DNA of 62,848 nucleotides, the filler included. It is 4 parts of 4 records of this genome, joined end to end, with 100 filler letters (N's around TTAATTAATTAA, not from the genome) between each part and the next. Parts side by side here need not be neighbours in the genome. Positions count along the whole stretch, not along the records: positions 37,724 to 53,624 come from DRR723986_17552; positions 53,725 to 62,848 come from DRR723986_17597; 2 more parts are not named here. The stretch is one strand, 5' to 3'. Under the pieces are notes generated by a model that was not told the origin of the DNA, did no database searches, and saw nothing but the letters and a program-made list of their open reading frames with translations. Each line of letters begins with the position of its first letter. Position 1 is the first letter of the stretch. Made by a program: the position numbers and the translations under genes. Below, piece after piece: positions 48,283 to 59,400 of the stretch.

Positions 48283-51200
48283 TTAGAAAGTAACATTAAC
48301 ACCAAAAGTGATTGTACGAGGCACTGGGTATCCAGCCAAATCCACACCTGGACTTAGGTTTCCTCCATCTCCATTTCCGTTGTTCTGCATACTAACCTCT
48401 GGGTTTGATCCACCCCAATAATCCGTAAATACCCACACATTCTGAGCAGAACCATAAATTCTTGCTGATTTGAATGTTTTTGGTAGATTCTTGAATGTAT
48501 ATCCTACAGTGATATTTCTAATGGTGAAATAAGAGGCATCATACACGAAGTTGCTATTTGCCCAGTCACGCTCTATACCAGTCACGTTACCGCCACCTAC
48601 TGTAGTTCCAAAAATACCTTCTCCAGGATTCTCTGGAGATCTAAAGCGATCAGCTACCTTAGCTACCATATTAAACACCCCATCTAGATTCGCAGTAGAA
48701 TACAAGTGTCTCATATACAACTGATTTCCCTGAGACCCTGAAGCTGTGATGCTTGCATCCCAATTTTTATAAGCGAAATTATTGATGATACCATAGGTGA
48801 AATCCGGGAATGGATTTCCAATAATAGTTCTATCATCATTATCCCCACCGTTTGTAATAACTCCATCACCGTTAATATCTTCAAGCTTAATACTTCCTAC
48901 AGTAGATCTGCCTGGGACTTTTGGAGAGTTTGCCAAATCTTCTTCATTGGCATAATTTCCTAATTTTTTCAGTCCATAAAATTGTCCGAAAGGCTCTCCT
49001 ACTTTAGTGATGTGATAATCGCCATAAACTCTATCAATACCGTCTGCAAGCTCAAGCACTTCATTTCTATTAAATGAGATGTTTGCATTGGTAGTCCATC
49101 TAAAAGCTCCTGTTGTATTTACCGAAGTAACTGAAAACTCATGGCCCCAGAATTTAATCTCTCCGATATTATCATTGAAATTGGTGAATCCTGATTCTTG
49201 TGGCACCTGCACTGCATACAGCAAGTTTGTAGTATTCTTGGTATAATAATCATACACGAAGGTGATTCTATCTTCCCATAAGCCTAGGTCCAAACCTATA
49301 TCAAATTGGGTGGTAGTCTCCCAACCTAAGTTTCTATTGCTCAATGAGGTAACCGCTGCACCAGGGAATACGGTATTCCCAAAAGCAGCATTAATCGTAT
49401 TATTAACCAATGCATATTGAGTATAGTTACCAATATTATTGTTACCCGTAACTCCGTAGCTAGCTCTCAATTTGGTAAAGGAAACTGTAGAACTAGTATT
49501 TAGGAATCCTTCATCAGAAAGTACCCAACCCAACGAAGTGGATGGGAATATCCCCCAACGGTTATCTTCTCCAAAACGTGATGACCCATCACCTCTAACA
49601 GATGCAGTGAATAGATACTTCCCTTTAAAATTATAAGTAAGACGAGAGAAAATTGAAGTCAAAGCCCACTCGTTTACATCTGAAATCGTTCCACCTCTGT
49701 TAATATTAATCGCTCCTTGAATAGTAGGAAGTCGATCGTCAGCATAGGTATCTGCTGCTATTCTCGTACGATCTTGTCTAAATTTCTGATTGGAAAAACC
49801 TAACAACATTTGAAAATTATGATCTCCTATAGAGTTGCCATAGGTGGCAATATTTTCATTCAGCCATGATAAATTTTGATATTCGTCTCTCACTGACCTT
49901 GCCACAGTTGGGATGGCCACATTGATTTGATTAGTGGCAGTGGAAGGGTTGAAGAAGAAGTAGTTGGAGTTGTTGAGTTCCGTATTAAAAGTGGTCTTAA
50001 GTGATAAACCTTTAATTGGCTTCCATTCAAAATAAGTGTTTGCTAATACATTGATGACTTTCGTCTCATTTGTGATCTCATCTGCCGATCTCAACCAGTT
50101 TGGATAAGCAAAGATATTTCCTGTATTGGCAGGGAATCTATTAAACGAGGTCAATTCTCCATTTTCCTCATAAATCGGCATCACCGGCCATGTGTGGAGT
50201 GCATTGAACAAAATACCTGTTCCTCTTGATCCATCGGTTTGCGGCGTGTTGTCATACACATAACTAGGAGCAACATTGATTCCCATGTTTACTTTTTCAG
50301 AAACGGCATAATCTGTATTTAATCGAAGTGAATACCTTTGGTAGTCAGTATTTCTTACGACTCCTTTCTGATCAAAAAATCCGGCAATAACTGCCGTATT
50401 AACCTTCTCCTTATTAGAAGTTACTGTCAAGTTGTATGAAGTAACAGGAGCTGTTTCTAGCATCGCACCATACCAATCATTATCATTATTTCGATAATCA
50501 GCAGGATTCTGGAAAATCTCAGGTACAGGCTGACCGGCATCTGTATAATATTCCTTCTTGAATTGAGCAAATTCTTCAGCATTAAGCATTTCCAAACGGC
50601 CATTTTCAGGAACTGTCTGCCAGCCTGTAAAAACATTTAGATTTACATTAGTCTGTCCCGCCACACCTTTTTTAGTAGTAATCAGGACCACACCATTTGC
50701 AGCTCTAGATCCATACAGCGATGTGGATGCCGCATCTTTCAATACAGTGATCTCCTGGATTTCGTCAGGATTCAAGGCATTAATATCACCTGTGATCGGA
50801 AAACCATCCACAACATATAAAGGCGAACTACCACCTGAAACTGACAATTGGCCCCGAATACGAACATTCATCCCTTGACCCGGCTTTCCTGTAGTCTGAT
50901 TAATTTGAACTCCAGCCAATCTACCCTGAAGCTTTTGGGCTACAGAAGAAACTGGAAGATCTTTTAATTCCTTTTCGCTGACGGATTGAATTGCACCTGT
51001 AAGCTCTTTTTTGATTTGGCTACCATAACCTACTACTACTACTTCAGAGAGGTCAGAGGTAGAATATTTAAGCGTCACTAAAATATCAGTTGAATTTTGG
51101 GTAACTACCACTTCATTCGTGGTAAATCCAATAAAGCTGACTACCAACGTCTCGCCAACTGAGGCTTGGATGGTAAATCCACCGTCAATGTCTGTTACGG

Positions 51201-51384
51201 TTCCTGATTGTGTGCCTTTTACGGAAACTAGAGCTCCTGGAACAGGCTCATTATCATCTTCAGACACAACTTTTCCTTTCACTGTTATCGACTGTGCAAA
51301 TGATGAGGACACAGATACGATAAACAAGGCTAATAAAAACCCAACAAACCGGGTTTTTATTAATAATTGATAATTGTTTAGCAT
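48283..51384 (-). CDS. susC: SusC/RagA TonB-dependent transporter
   Basis: EVVVVGYG, VLKDAASTSLYGSRAANGVVLITTKKG, RGDGSSRFG, YPVPRTITFGVNVTF. Confidence 0.96.
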   Translation of the reverse strand: MLNNYQLLIKTRFVGFLLALFIVSVSSSFAQSITVKGKVVSEDDNEPVPGALVSVKGTQSGTVTDIDGGFTIQASVGETLVVSFIGFTTNEVVVTQNSTDILVTLKYSTSDLSEVVVVGYGSQIKKELTGAIQSVSEKELKDLPVSSVAQKLQGRLAGVQINQTTGKPGQGMNVRIRGQLSVSGGSSPLYVVDGFPITGDINALNPDEIQEITVLKDAASTSLYGSRAANGVVLITTKKGVAGQTNVNLNVFTGWQTVPENGRLEMLNAEEFAQFKKEYYTDAGQPVPEIFQNPADYRNNDNDWYGAMLETAPVTSYNLTVTSNKEKVNTAVIAGFFDQKGVVRNTDYQRYSLRLNTDYAVSEKVNMGINVAPSYVYDNTPQTDGSRGTGILFNALHTWPVMPIYEENGELTSFNRFPANTGNIFAYPNWLRSADEITNETKVINVLANTYFEWKPIKGLSLKTTFNTELNNSNYFFFNPSTATNQINVAIPTVARSVRDEYQNLSWLNENIATYGNSIGDHNFQMLLGFSNQKFRQDRTRIAADTYADDRLPTIQGAININRGGTISDVNEWALTSIFSRLTYNFKGKYLFTASVRGDGSSRFGEDNRWGIFPSTSLGWVLSDEGFLNTSSTVSFTKLRASYGVTGNNNIGNYTQYALVNNTINAAFGNTVFPGAAVTSLSNRNLGWETTTQFDIGLDLGLWEDRITFVYDYYTKNTTNLLYAVQVPQESGFTNFNDNIGEIKFWGHEFSVTSVNTTGAFRWTTNANISFNRNEVLELADGIDRVYGDYHITKVGEPFGQFYGLKKLGNYANEEDLANSPKVPGRSTVGSIKLEDINGDGVITNGGDNDDRTIIGNPFPDFTYGIINNFAYKNWDASITASGSQGNQLYMRHLYSTANLDGVFNMVAKVADRFRSPENPGEGIFGTTVGGGNVTGIERDWANSNFVYDASYFTIRNITVGYTFKNLPKTFKSARIYGSAQNVWVFTDYWGGSNPEVSMQNNGNGDGGNLSPGVDLAGYPVPRTITFGVNVTF

Positions 51385-51694
51385 AGGATTGGGTTTAATT
51401 ATTAATTATAAAACACAACCAATTAACCTCTCTAATACCCCTTTCCTATCCTGCACTATCCTGAAACAAACCATCTTAAAACATATTTAAAAAAATATGC
51501 TATACAACAGCACTGCACAGGATAGTTATATAAATTAAATTATATATTAGAATACAAAAATAGCATAAGTAAATAATAGAAATATAATAATAAACGCTAC
51601 CACACATAAAATAAAAACTAGGCATTAGCCCTAATAAATTGAATATCCCGAGCTTTATCCCTATTATTAGACTCCCAATGCTTATCCTAATAAT

Positions 51695-53624
51695 ATGCTT
51701 AAAAAATCCTCAACTAACCTCTTCCTCCTCGCTCTAATAGGGCTCATCAGCTTTCAATGCTCTCAAAAAGAAACCATTGAATTAAAACCAAACGCCAGAA
51801 TTGCTCTGATTGGAAACAACTTAGCGTCTAGAATGATGGACTATGGAAGTTTCGAGACAGAAATGCAACTCCGCCATCCTGAGAAAAACCTTTACATCAG
51901 GAACCTTGCTGACCCAGGTGACACCCCTGGCTTTAGACCTAGATCTGGCACTAACGATCCTTGGGCTTTTCCTGGCGCTGAGGCCTTTCAGGTAGAATAT
52001 GCTACTCCTTCCGGGAGCATAGGCCATCTGGAAAAGCCTGATGAATGGCTGACAAGACTACAGGCAGATATCATCATTTCTTTTTTTGGATACAATGAAT
52101 CCTTCCAAGGTGTAGATGGATTAGAAAACTACAAAGCAGAGTTGGATGCTTTTATCAAGCACACCCTGCGCCAGAAATACCACGATACGCTTTCTCCCAA
52201 GCTGGTCATCGTGTCCCCTATAGCTTTTGAGGATTTGTCAGAGAAAATTGATGTCCCAGACGGCAAAACAGAAAACGAAAATCTGAATCTCTACACTGTA
52301 GCAATGCAGGAAATCGCAGAGAAAAATGAAGTAATGTTTGTAGACGCATTTAATCCAAGCAAACAATGGTATCTGGAATCTGAGGAAGACCTGACAATTG
52401 ACGGTTCACAGTTGAATGAAGCTGGCTATAAAAAATTAGCCGTTCTTCTTTCGGATGAGATTTTTGGAGAAACACCGATCAAGAACGAAGCAAATCGAGA
52501 ACTAGTGCATGAAGCTGTGCAGGAGAAAAACTGGTTTTGGAGAAATGACTATAAAATCCCCAATGGAGTCCATGTTTTCGGAAGAAGATACGATCCTTTT
52601 GGTCCAGATAATTACCCATTTGAATTAGAAAAAATCCGTCAACTAACCGCAATTAGGGACACAGCAATCTGGATGGCTAATCAGGGAGAAAAGAAAGATC
52701 TAGCTGAGGCAGATTCACATACCAACGTACTTCCAGAAGTAGAGACAAACTACAACCCTGAAAAAAATGGCGACCTAACCTACCTATATGGTGAGGAAGC
52801 ACTTGCCAAGTTAAAAGTTGCGCCTGGCTATAAAATCGAACTTTTTGCATCTGAGGAAGAATGGCCAAACCTTGCCAACCCAGTTCAGCTTTCCTTTGAC
52901 AACAAAGGAAGACTTTGGGTGGCAACTATGCCAAGTTATCCTCATTACAAGCCTGGAGATTCTAGACCAGCAGATAAATTGTTGATCTATGAAGATACCG
53001 ACAATGACGGTAAGGCAGATAAGGAAACTGTTTTCGCGGATGATCTTCATATTCCAGTTGGGTTTGAACTGGCAGCAGAAGGAGTTTATGTTTCCCAGGG
53101 AAACAATCTCGTAATTCTGTATGATGATAATAATGACGACAAGGCAGATCGTAAGGAAGTTTTGCTGAGCGGATTTGACGATCACGATACGCATCATGCT
53201 ATTTCAGCTTTTACCACAGATGAGTCTGGAGCAATTTATATGGCGGAGGGAGTTTTCCTTCATTCCAATGTGGAAACCTCCTATGGCCCAGTCCGAGCGA
53301 CAAATGGGGGATTCTACCGATATACCCCAAGCAGACATAAACTGGAGCGCGTGGCTCAGGTAAGCATCCCAAACCCTTGGGGTATTGCCTTTGACGAATG
53401 GGGACAAAACTTCTACGCAGAGACCTCTGGCCCAAATGTAAATTACATGATGCCAGCTTCCTTACTTCCTCGCTATGGAAATGCAAACAATAAAGGAAGA
53501 AACCTGATTCAAAAAGACCAGATGGTTCGTCCTACCTCTGGTTTGGAATTTATCTCAAGTAGACATTTCCCAGATGATGTGCAGGGAGACATGATCATCA
53601 ATAACACGATCGGTTTCCTAGGAA
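51695..53624 (+). CDS. PVC-type membrane-bound dehydrogenase-like protein (SGNH-like domain + propeller), 3' partial
   Basis: Lipobox-like SFQC; IALIGNN, RNLADPGD, FFGYNES; then LFASEE..NPVQLSFDNKGRLWV, DTDNDGKAD, DTHH, NPWG; runs into the spacer. Confidence 0.82.
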
Positions 53625-53724
53625 NNNNNNNNNNNNNNNNNNNNNNNNNNNNNNNNNNNNNNNNNNNNTTAATTAATTAANNNNNNNNNNNNNNNNNNNN
53701 NNNNNNNNNNNNNNNNNNNNNNNN
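53625..53724. other. Artificial contig spacer
   Basis: N44-TTAATTAATTAA-N44; sharp AT-rich to GC-rich change. Confidence 0.98.
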
Positions 53725-54173
53725 TGGCGCATCCGGTCGATCTGTTCGTTGATCTGGCTTTCCTTCTCGATATAGGTGTCGGAGCGGGCGACGTAGGCCT
53801 CCGGCTGGTAGTAGTCGTAGTAGCTGACGAAGTATTCCACCGCGTTGTCGGGGAAGAAGCCCTTGAATTCGCCGTAAAGCTGCGCGGCCAGCGTCTTGTT
53901 GGGCGCAAGGATGATGGCGGGGCGCTGGGTCTCTTCGATCACCTTGGCCATGGTGAAGGTCTTGCCGGTGCCGGTGGCGCCCAGAAGGACCTGATCGCGC
54001 TCGCCCTCCGTCACCCCCTGCGAGAGTTCCCGGATCGCGGTGGGCTGGTCCCCGGCCGGGGAGAACTCCGTCTGCATCCGGAAGCGCTTGCCGCCTTCCA
54101 GCTTTTCGCGCGACCGGACGTCGGGCGCCGGGGCGTGCAGGACGGGCATCTGTTGGGGCGAGTTGTTGTGCAT
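53725..54173 (-). CDS. uvrB: Excinuclease ABC subunit B, 5' partial
   Basis: [48 protein letters not shown] 54173 with GGAG upstream. Confidence 0.96.
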
Positions 54174-54713
54174 GAGGCGACTCCTTGCCCCGAAAGATGT
54201 CGCGCGCGGGCGGGGATGCAAGGCCTGAGGCGTCCTCGGGCGGTTCTGGCGACGGAAACTGTCAGCAGCGCCGGGGAAAGGGGCGGCGCCCGGTTCAGCG
54301 GTCAGCGCCCGGGCGGGGGATGCGGGGAAAACCTGCGTTGACCCATCAACCACTTGTGAAACAAGAAGAAATCCGCCGATGGGGACGTTCCGGGAACAGC
54401 GGGCGCAAAGGCCAGCGCGCTCAGCGGCTTGGGCGGTCCGGGGGTCCTGTGCCCTGCCGCGCGCCCCGCAGGAGGCCGCAAGATTGCGTTTTGAGAAAGC
54501 CGCCCGCGGCCTGTAGCGTGACCCGGCAAGCAGGGCGGTCCGGGGCCTTCGGTTCGCACACCCACCCCTCGCTCCCGCGGGCGGGGCCCCGCATCCCCTG
54601 CTTGCGCCCGTTTCACCCGGATACCGCGACAATTCGCGACAGGATGCGCGCCGCGAGGCGTTGCGCAGGCCACGGAAATCCGGAATAAAAGAGCCGTTCA
54701 TAGGAGACGCCGC

Positions 54714-55025
54714 TTGCCCGCCCGCATCTACAAGCCAGCCCGCACCGCCATGTCCTCTGGTCAGGGAAAGACCCGGCACTGGCATCTGGACTATACCCCC
54801 GCCAGCGCGCGGTCGGTCGATCCGCTGATGGGATGGACCTCGTCCGACGACACGCAGGCGCAGGTCCGTCTGCGCTTCGACACCAAGGAATCGGCGCTGG
54901 CCTATGCCAGGGAGCACGGCATCGACGCCCAGGTGCTGGAGCCGAAGACGCGCAAGCCCAACATTCGCCAACGCGGCTATGCCGAGAATTTCGCCGTCGA
55001 CCGGCGCTCTGCCTGGACGCACTAG
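54714..55025 (+). CDS. ETC complex I subunit (NDUFS4-like)
   Basis: [44 protein letters not shown] start with GGAG upstream. Confidence 0.9.
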   Translation: MPARIYKPARTAMSSGQGKTRHWHLDYTPASARSVDPLMGWTSSDDTQAQVRLRFDTKESALAYAREHGIDAQVLEPKTRKPNIRQRGYAENFAVDRRSAWTH

Positions 55026-55180
55026 CCGATGTAAATCGGGCCAAAGTTGTCTCGAAATCGGGGTGAAGATCCCGCGAAGCCAAGCTTCGATCAAGATATG
55101 GGGCACCCACCGGGCGCCCGTACTATTTCTGGGATTGTCCGGTCTGCAGGGTGTTTTACGGCTGAAGAACTGCTCCAGCT

Positions 55181-56656
55181 TCAACTTGCCTGCCGGATCG
55201 TCGCGAAATTCTCCATCGCGGCTCCGAGGTTCTCCAAGATTTCCCCAAGCAGAATGTCAGGTTCGGGCAAGCTGTCGAGATCGGTCATGGAACTGTCCTT
55301 AAGCCAGAACACATCCAGACTGGCCTTATCGCGCGACAGAAGTTCTTCACGCTCATAGGCCCGCCAACGCCCATCAGGGGTGTCCTCGCTCCAGGTTGCC
55401 GTGCGTTCATGCCTGTTCGCCGGGTTGTAGCAGGCGATGAAATCCTCAAGATGGGCATAGGTCATCGGCTTCTGCTTGAGCGTGTGATGCACGTTCGTCC
55501 GATAATCATAGAACCAGACCTGCGAGGTCTGCGGCTCCTTGCTGGCGCTGCGATTGTCGAAGAAGATGACGTTCGCCTTGACCCCTTGTGCGTAAAAGAT
55601 CCCTGTCGGCAGTCTCAGGATCGTATGCAGATCGGTGTTCTGCAGCAGCTTGCGGCGGATCGTTTCGCCCGCGCCGCCTTCGAACAGCACGTTATCCGGC
55701 ACGACAATGGCTGCCCGCCCTGTGGTCTTCAGCATGGTGCGGATGTGCTGAACGAAGTTCAACTGCTTGTTGGAAGTTGTCGCCCAGAAATCCCGCCGAT
55801 TGTAGGTCAGGTCCTCGGTTTCCTGCTTCCCTTCGGCATTAGTGAACGTCATCGAGCTTTTCTTGCCGAAGGGCGGGTTTGCCAGAACCAGATCAACCGT
55901 GTCCGACGGCGACGAGATCAAAGCATCAGCCGGAGACACAATCGGCTCACCCGCCATTTCCCCGATGCCATGCAGGAACATGTTCATCAGGCAAAGGCGA
56001 CGCGTTCCGGCCACGATCTCGTTTCCATGGAACGTCCCGTTCTTCAGGAATTCCTTTTGTTCGCGGTCGAGCGCGTAATTTGCTGGGTCCGTCAGGAAAT
56101 CATGAGCTGCCAGGAAGAAGCCGCCCGTGCCGCAGGCCGGGTCGGCAATGGTCTTGCCAGGTTCCGGTCGCACGCATTCCACCATCGCCTGAATGAGCGA
56201 ACGAGGTGTGAAATACTGCCCCGCACCGGATTTGGTGTCCTCGGCATTTCGCTCCAGCAGGCCCTCGTAGATGTCCCCCTTCACGTCGGCGCCCAGCGTG
56301 ATCCATTTGGTACCATCGACCATGGCGATCAGTCGGAACAGCTTGGCGGGATCGGTGATCTTGTTTTGCGCCTTGGTGAAGATCTGACCCAGCATACCCT
56401 TCTGCTGGCCCAATTCACGAAGTACCTTGACGTAATGGGCCTCAAGATCCGCGCCCACCAATGCAGTCAAGCTATCCCAGTTGTACTCGACAGGCACGCC
56501 CATATCGCGCTTGTAAGGCGGCTTCGAATATTCGTCCGCCATCTTCAGGAAGATCAAATAGGTCAGCTGCTCAAGGTAGTCGCCATATCCGACCCCGTCA
56601 TGGCGGAGCGTCGTGCAGAAGGATCAGACTTTGGAGACAATTGGGGCTGTGTTCAT
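55181..56656 (-). pseudogene. hsdM: Type I RM methyltransferase subunit M with in-frame TGA at codon 11
   Basis: GQYFTPR, DPACGTGGF, NPPF motifs; ATG 56656 reads MNTAPIVSKV*SFCTTLRHDGVGYGDYLEQLTYLIFLK with TGA at 56626-56624. Confidence 0.85.
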
Positions 56657-56662
56657 GAGTGA

Positions 56663-58555
56663 TTACTCCAGATCGATCCAGACTTGATAAGCCAAAGAAG
56701 CAAGGTGTTCTCCTCGCTGGCGGATTTCCGTATCTGTCCAACGGTCAATTCTGGCAAACCATTTATTCAAAAACAGGCCGGTGTGCTCTTCGAACTTTTC
56801 CTTCTTTACATCAAAGTTGGAATTTCCAGAGGATATGTTCAGGCTATCGGTAAGCAGTGTCAGGTTTCCAAGAGAATGAACGATGGTGCGGCGCGCCAAT
56901 GCGTCCGGCTCATCAGAATAGACTTCACGGGTCTCCCCATTTGGGAAAGGCCATTCATCCGTCCAAGTCTGCGGCAGAACGTGTTCGATCCAAAGGCCAT
57001 CGGGCTTCATGACACTCTCTGCCATATTCGACCGACTTGCCGTTTCCAGTTCCCACAGTATATCAACCAAGCGAGTTCGAGGTGCAATGCTGTAGGCGTC
57101 TCCATCCAAAATGCCGCGCCTGAATTCATCATTGCGTGGGAAGCGGGTGCTGTCTCCGGGCCTCTGGTCAAAGTATCCCCGAAACGCTTTAACCGACGGC
57201 CCTTCGCGTAGGAATACCTCTGCGATGGACTGGAAAACCTTGTTGAGGTTCTTCGTTGTCAGCCCACACATGGCACGCCGCGCCAAGAAGGAATAGATCA
57301 ACTGTGCGAGGCGCATCTTCTCCGACGCGGGAAGTTTCGATCTGCCGATCTGCATGGCAACAGGGAAAACGGTTGTCACCTGCCATTCTGCCAGCTTTCG
57401 CCCAAGCCAATAAAGCACCGGGTCTTCCTCCGCCTTTCCTTCCAAGGTTTCGTATAGGGGCGCATACTGCTCCAGCAGTTTCAGTTCGTGCTCTACATCG
57501 TCAAACCTGGGCTTGCCTTTTGGTACCGCGAAGGCACGGTATTCCGCATAGAGTTCGCGCACCGAGATTTTCTTGCCCGTTTCGGCGGTCAGCACATGGG
57601 CAAGAAAGTGGTCCAGACGTGGGCGACGGGGGCGTGCATTGGGCGCAGGTTCACGCCACCACATGTCGTCCAAGGGGTCCCACAGCTTGGCGTACAAGTC
57701 CTCTACGGGCGCGTCCTGCTTCTCTGCTCGGTGGAAAATGTTGTTCCTCACAAGGTCCATCGCGAGCAGGGGTTCACCCTTTGAGTTCAGCGTCTCAAAG
57801 ATCACCTGCGCATCGTCGTTCTCACCAAGTGTGATAACCACCAGCTTCAGCCGATCCAGGACGGCACTGAGCAGGGCCTCAAGCCGTTCTTCCAATACCT
57901 CAAGTTCGACTTCGTCCTCACCGCCGGTCTTGCTCACGCCTTCCAGATCAAGTTCGCTGTCTTCCTCCGGGCCGTGGAAGGCAAACTCCTCAATCCAGGT
58001 GCAGAACAGGTGGTAGGCACGGAAAGCCGGAAAGCTGGTGTTCTTGGGCACGCGCTGACCGTAAAATAGGTTGCGGTGCTTATGCGTCACGTCCTCGTAG
58101 GACAACTCGATTATGTCGTGAAAGATGTCCCGGTCCGACGGTGTCGGTGTCAGCTTGAACCGCGTCAGCGGATCCTTGTCTTTGTTCTTGGGCTCATTGA
58201 ACAGATAGCCGTTGATGTGCCCCATGAGGTCTTCGAGGTCGTGGTCCCGCGCCACTTCGCGCAGGGCTGCCAGAAAGATTTGGAATGTGGTCAGGCGCTG
58301 CTGGCCATCAACCACCTGCACACGGGGTGTACGCGCGATCTGAGAGCCTTCCTCGACCGGAGACAGGATCAACGCGCCCATGTAATGCTCGAACTTACTT
58401 TCGCCGTCCAATACCTCGGCGGCCTTGGCGGAAACATCGTCCCAGAACGGCTCAAGCCGCTTGTCGCCCCACTGATACTTTCGCTGATACAGCGGTACCA
58501 TGAAGCGGCGGGCTTCCTTCAAAACAACTTCTACAGGGTGATCGTCTGCGTCCAT
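56663..58555 (-). CDS. DUF262 + DUF1524 protein (GmrSD-like type IV restriction nuclease)
   Basis: VPLYQRKYQW, VVDGQQRLTT, IFETLNSKG, IEHVLPQ, LGNLTLL...N...NSNF..KK; start ATG 58555. Confidence 0.88.
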   Translation of the reverse strand: MDADDHPVEVVLKEARRFMVPLYQRKYQWGDKRLEPFWDDVSAKAAEVLDGESKFEHYMGALILSPVEEGSQIARTPRVQVVDGQQRLTTFQIFLAALREVARDHDLEDLMGHINGYLFNEPKNKDKDPLTRFKLTPTPSDRDIFHDIIELSYEDVTHKHRNLFYGQRVPKNTSFPAFRAYHLFCTWIEEFAFHGPEEDSELDLEGVSKTGGEDEVELEVLEERLEALLSAVLDRLKLVVITLGENDDAQVIFETLNSKGEPLLAMDLVRNNIFHRAEKQDAPVEDLYAKLWDPLDDMWWREPAPNARPRRPRLDHFLAHVLTAETGKKISVRELYAEYRAFAVPKGKPRFDDVEHELKLLEQYAPLYETLEGKAEEDPVLYWLGRKLAEWQVTTVFPVAMQIGRSKLPASEKMRLAQLIYSFLARRAMCGLTTKNLNKVFQSIAEVFLREGPSVKAFRGYFDQRPGDSTRFPRNDEFRRGILDGDAYSIAPRTRLVDILWELETASRSNMAESVMKPDGLWIEHVLPQTWTDEWPFPNGETREVYSDEPDALARRTIVHSLGNLTLLTDSLNISSGNSNFDVKKEKFEEHTGLFLNKWFARIDRWTDTEIRQRGEHLASLAYQVWIDLE

Positions 58556-58617
58556 GAAATGGCCCTCTTGTGATGAGACTGATGCCGGTCGCCACACCTT
58601 TGCAATCTATCTTTCGC

Positions 58618-59400
58618 TTAACTTGACGTCCTCAAAATTCTAGGAATCCAAACATAGTGGGGATATCCATCGAGCATACGGCGGGCAAATGACGACAATT
58701 CCGCTTCTGAAAGAATCATTTTCCCTAGTAGTCGGACATTTTCTTTGAGGGCGCCGTCAATATCAGGGTCGCCCGCCTCGGCTTTGTGGGATGGGCGATT
58801 TGTGATTTCAACAGTACTCGTTATCTCGGCTGCCAAAGTAAAACGCTTATCGATAAGGTCTTGGTGGTCTAGGTGATAAAGACGTATTGACTCTACCGCT
58901 CTGCGATTGCGATTAGCATGCTGGTCCCTTGTAAACGTTGGTATTGGCCTTCCGTCATCGGTGAGATCAATTAATCTAGGTCCATCAGATTCATATGGAT
59001 CAAGAATAACGGGAGCCTCGTACTCCTCTTCACGGCAAGTTGCGCGGTTATCTCCTAAAAGCAAAGGAAAGTGATCCCCTTTGCCTCCAGTTCCCCCATT
59101 TTCAATATCCTTGCGTTTGCTGTTGCAATATGTGAATGCAAAGCGGAAATTGAGAGGATCAAATGCCGACCAAGGGTAGTGTTTTTTTGGTCTAAAGTGA
59201 TCAACAGCATTGTCGGATCTAATCTGCTTTACCTCGCAGTAGAAACACTTGTCATGTGAAGCCTTTTTCAGGAAAGGTTTGCACTCTTGCCAGAGATTCG
59301 AATTATCGTCCACTTCGGCAGGTCCGGCGTCGCGAGCAGCTTGCGCCCGCTCCGCCCAGCCCTCAGGTAGTTCCAGTAAATCCTTATCAAGAACCTTCAC
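58618..59400 (-). CDS. HNH endonuclease, PtuB/TIGR02646-like, possibly degenerate
   Basis: KCFYCE, VDHFRPK, YPW.AF...NFRFAFTYCN, GKGDHFPL, ILDP; probable GTG start at 59400 after GGAGG. Confidence 0.75.
   Translation of the reverse strand: MKVLDKDLLELPEGWAERAQAARDAGPAEVDDNSNLWQECKPFLKKASHDKCFYCEVKQIRSDNAVDHFRPKKHYPWSAFDPLNFRFAFTYCNSKRKDIENGGTGGKGDHFPLLLGDNRATCREEEYEAPVILDPYESDGPRLIDLTDDGRPIPTFTRDQHANRNRRAVESIRLYHLDHQDLIDKRFTLAAEITSTVEITNRPSHKAEAGDPDIDGALKENVRLLGKMILSEAELSSFARRMLDGYPHYVWIPRILRTSS

Noticed and set aside
55026-55180. tRNA or att site at the island border
   Set aside because: No cloverleaf or TTCGA-containing T-arm in proper context, and no direct repeat found at the other end
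53673-55184. 503-aa ORF as an N-terminally extended UvrB
   Set aside because: The extension is a low-complexity GC-rich open frame antisense to the ETC complex I gene; the real start is ATG 54173 with an RBS
56624-56626. TGA-as-Trp alternative genetic code
   Set aside because: Neighbouring genes use TGG for Trp and TGA as stop (hsdM, hsdR, hsdS ends); a single nonsense change is simpler
55409-56662. 417-aa plus-strand ORF
   Set aside because: Antisense shadow of hsdM
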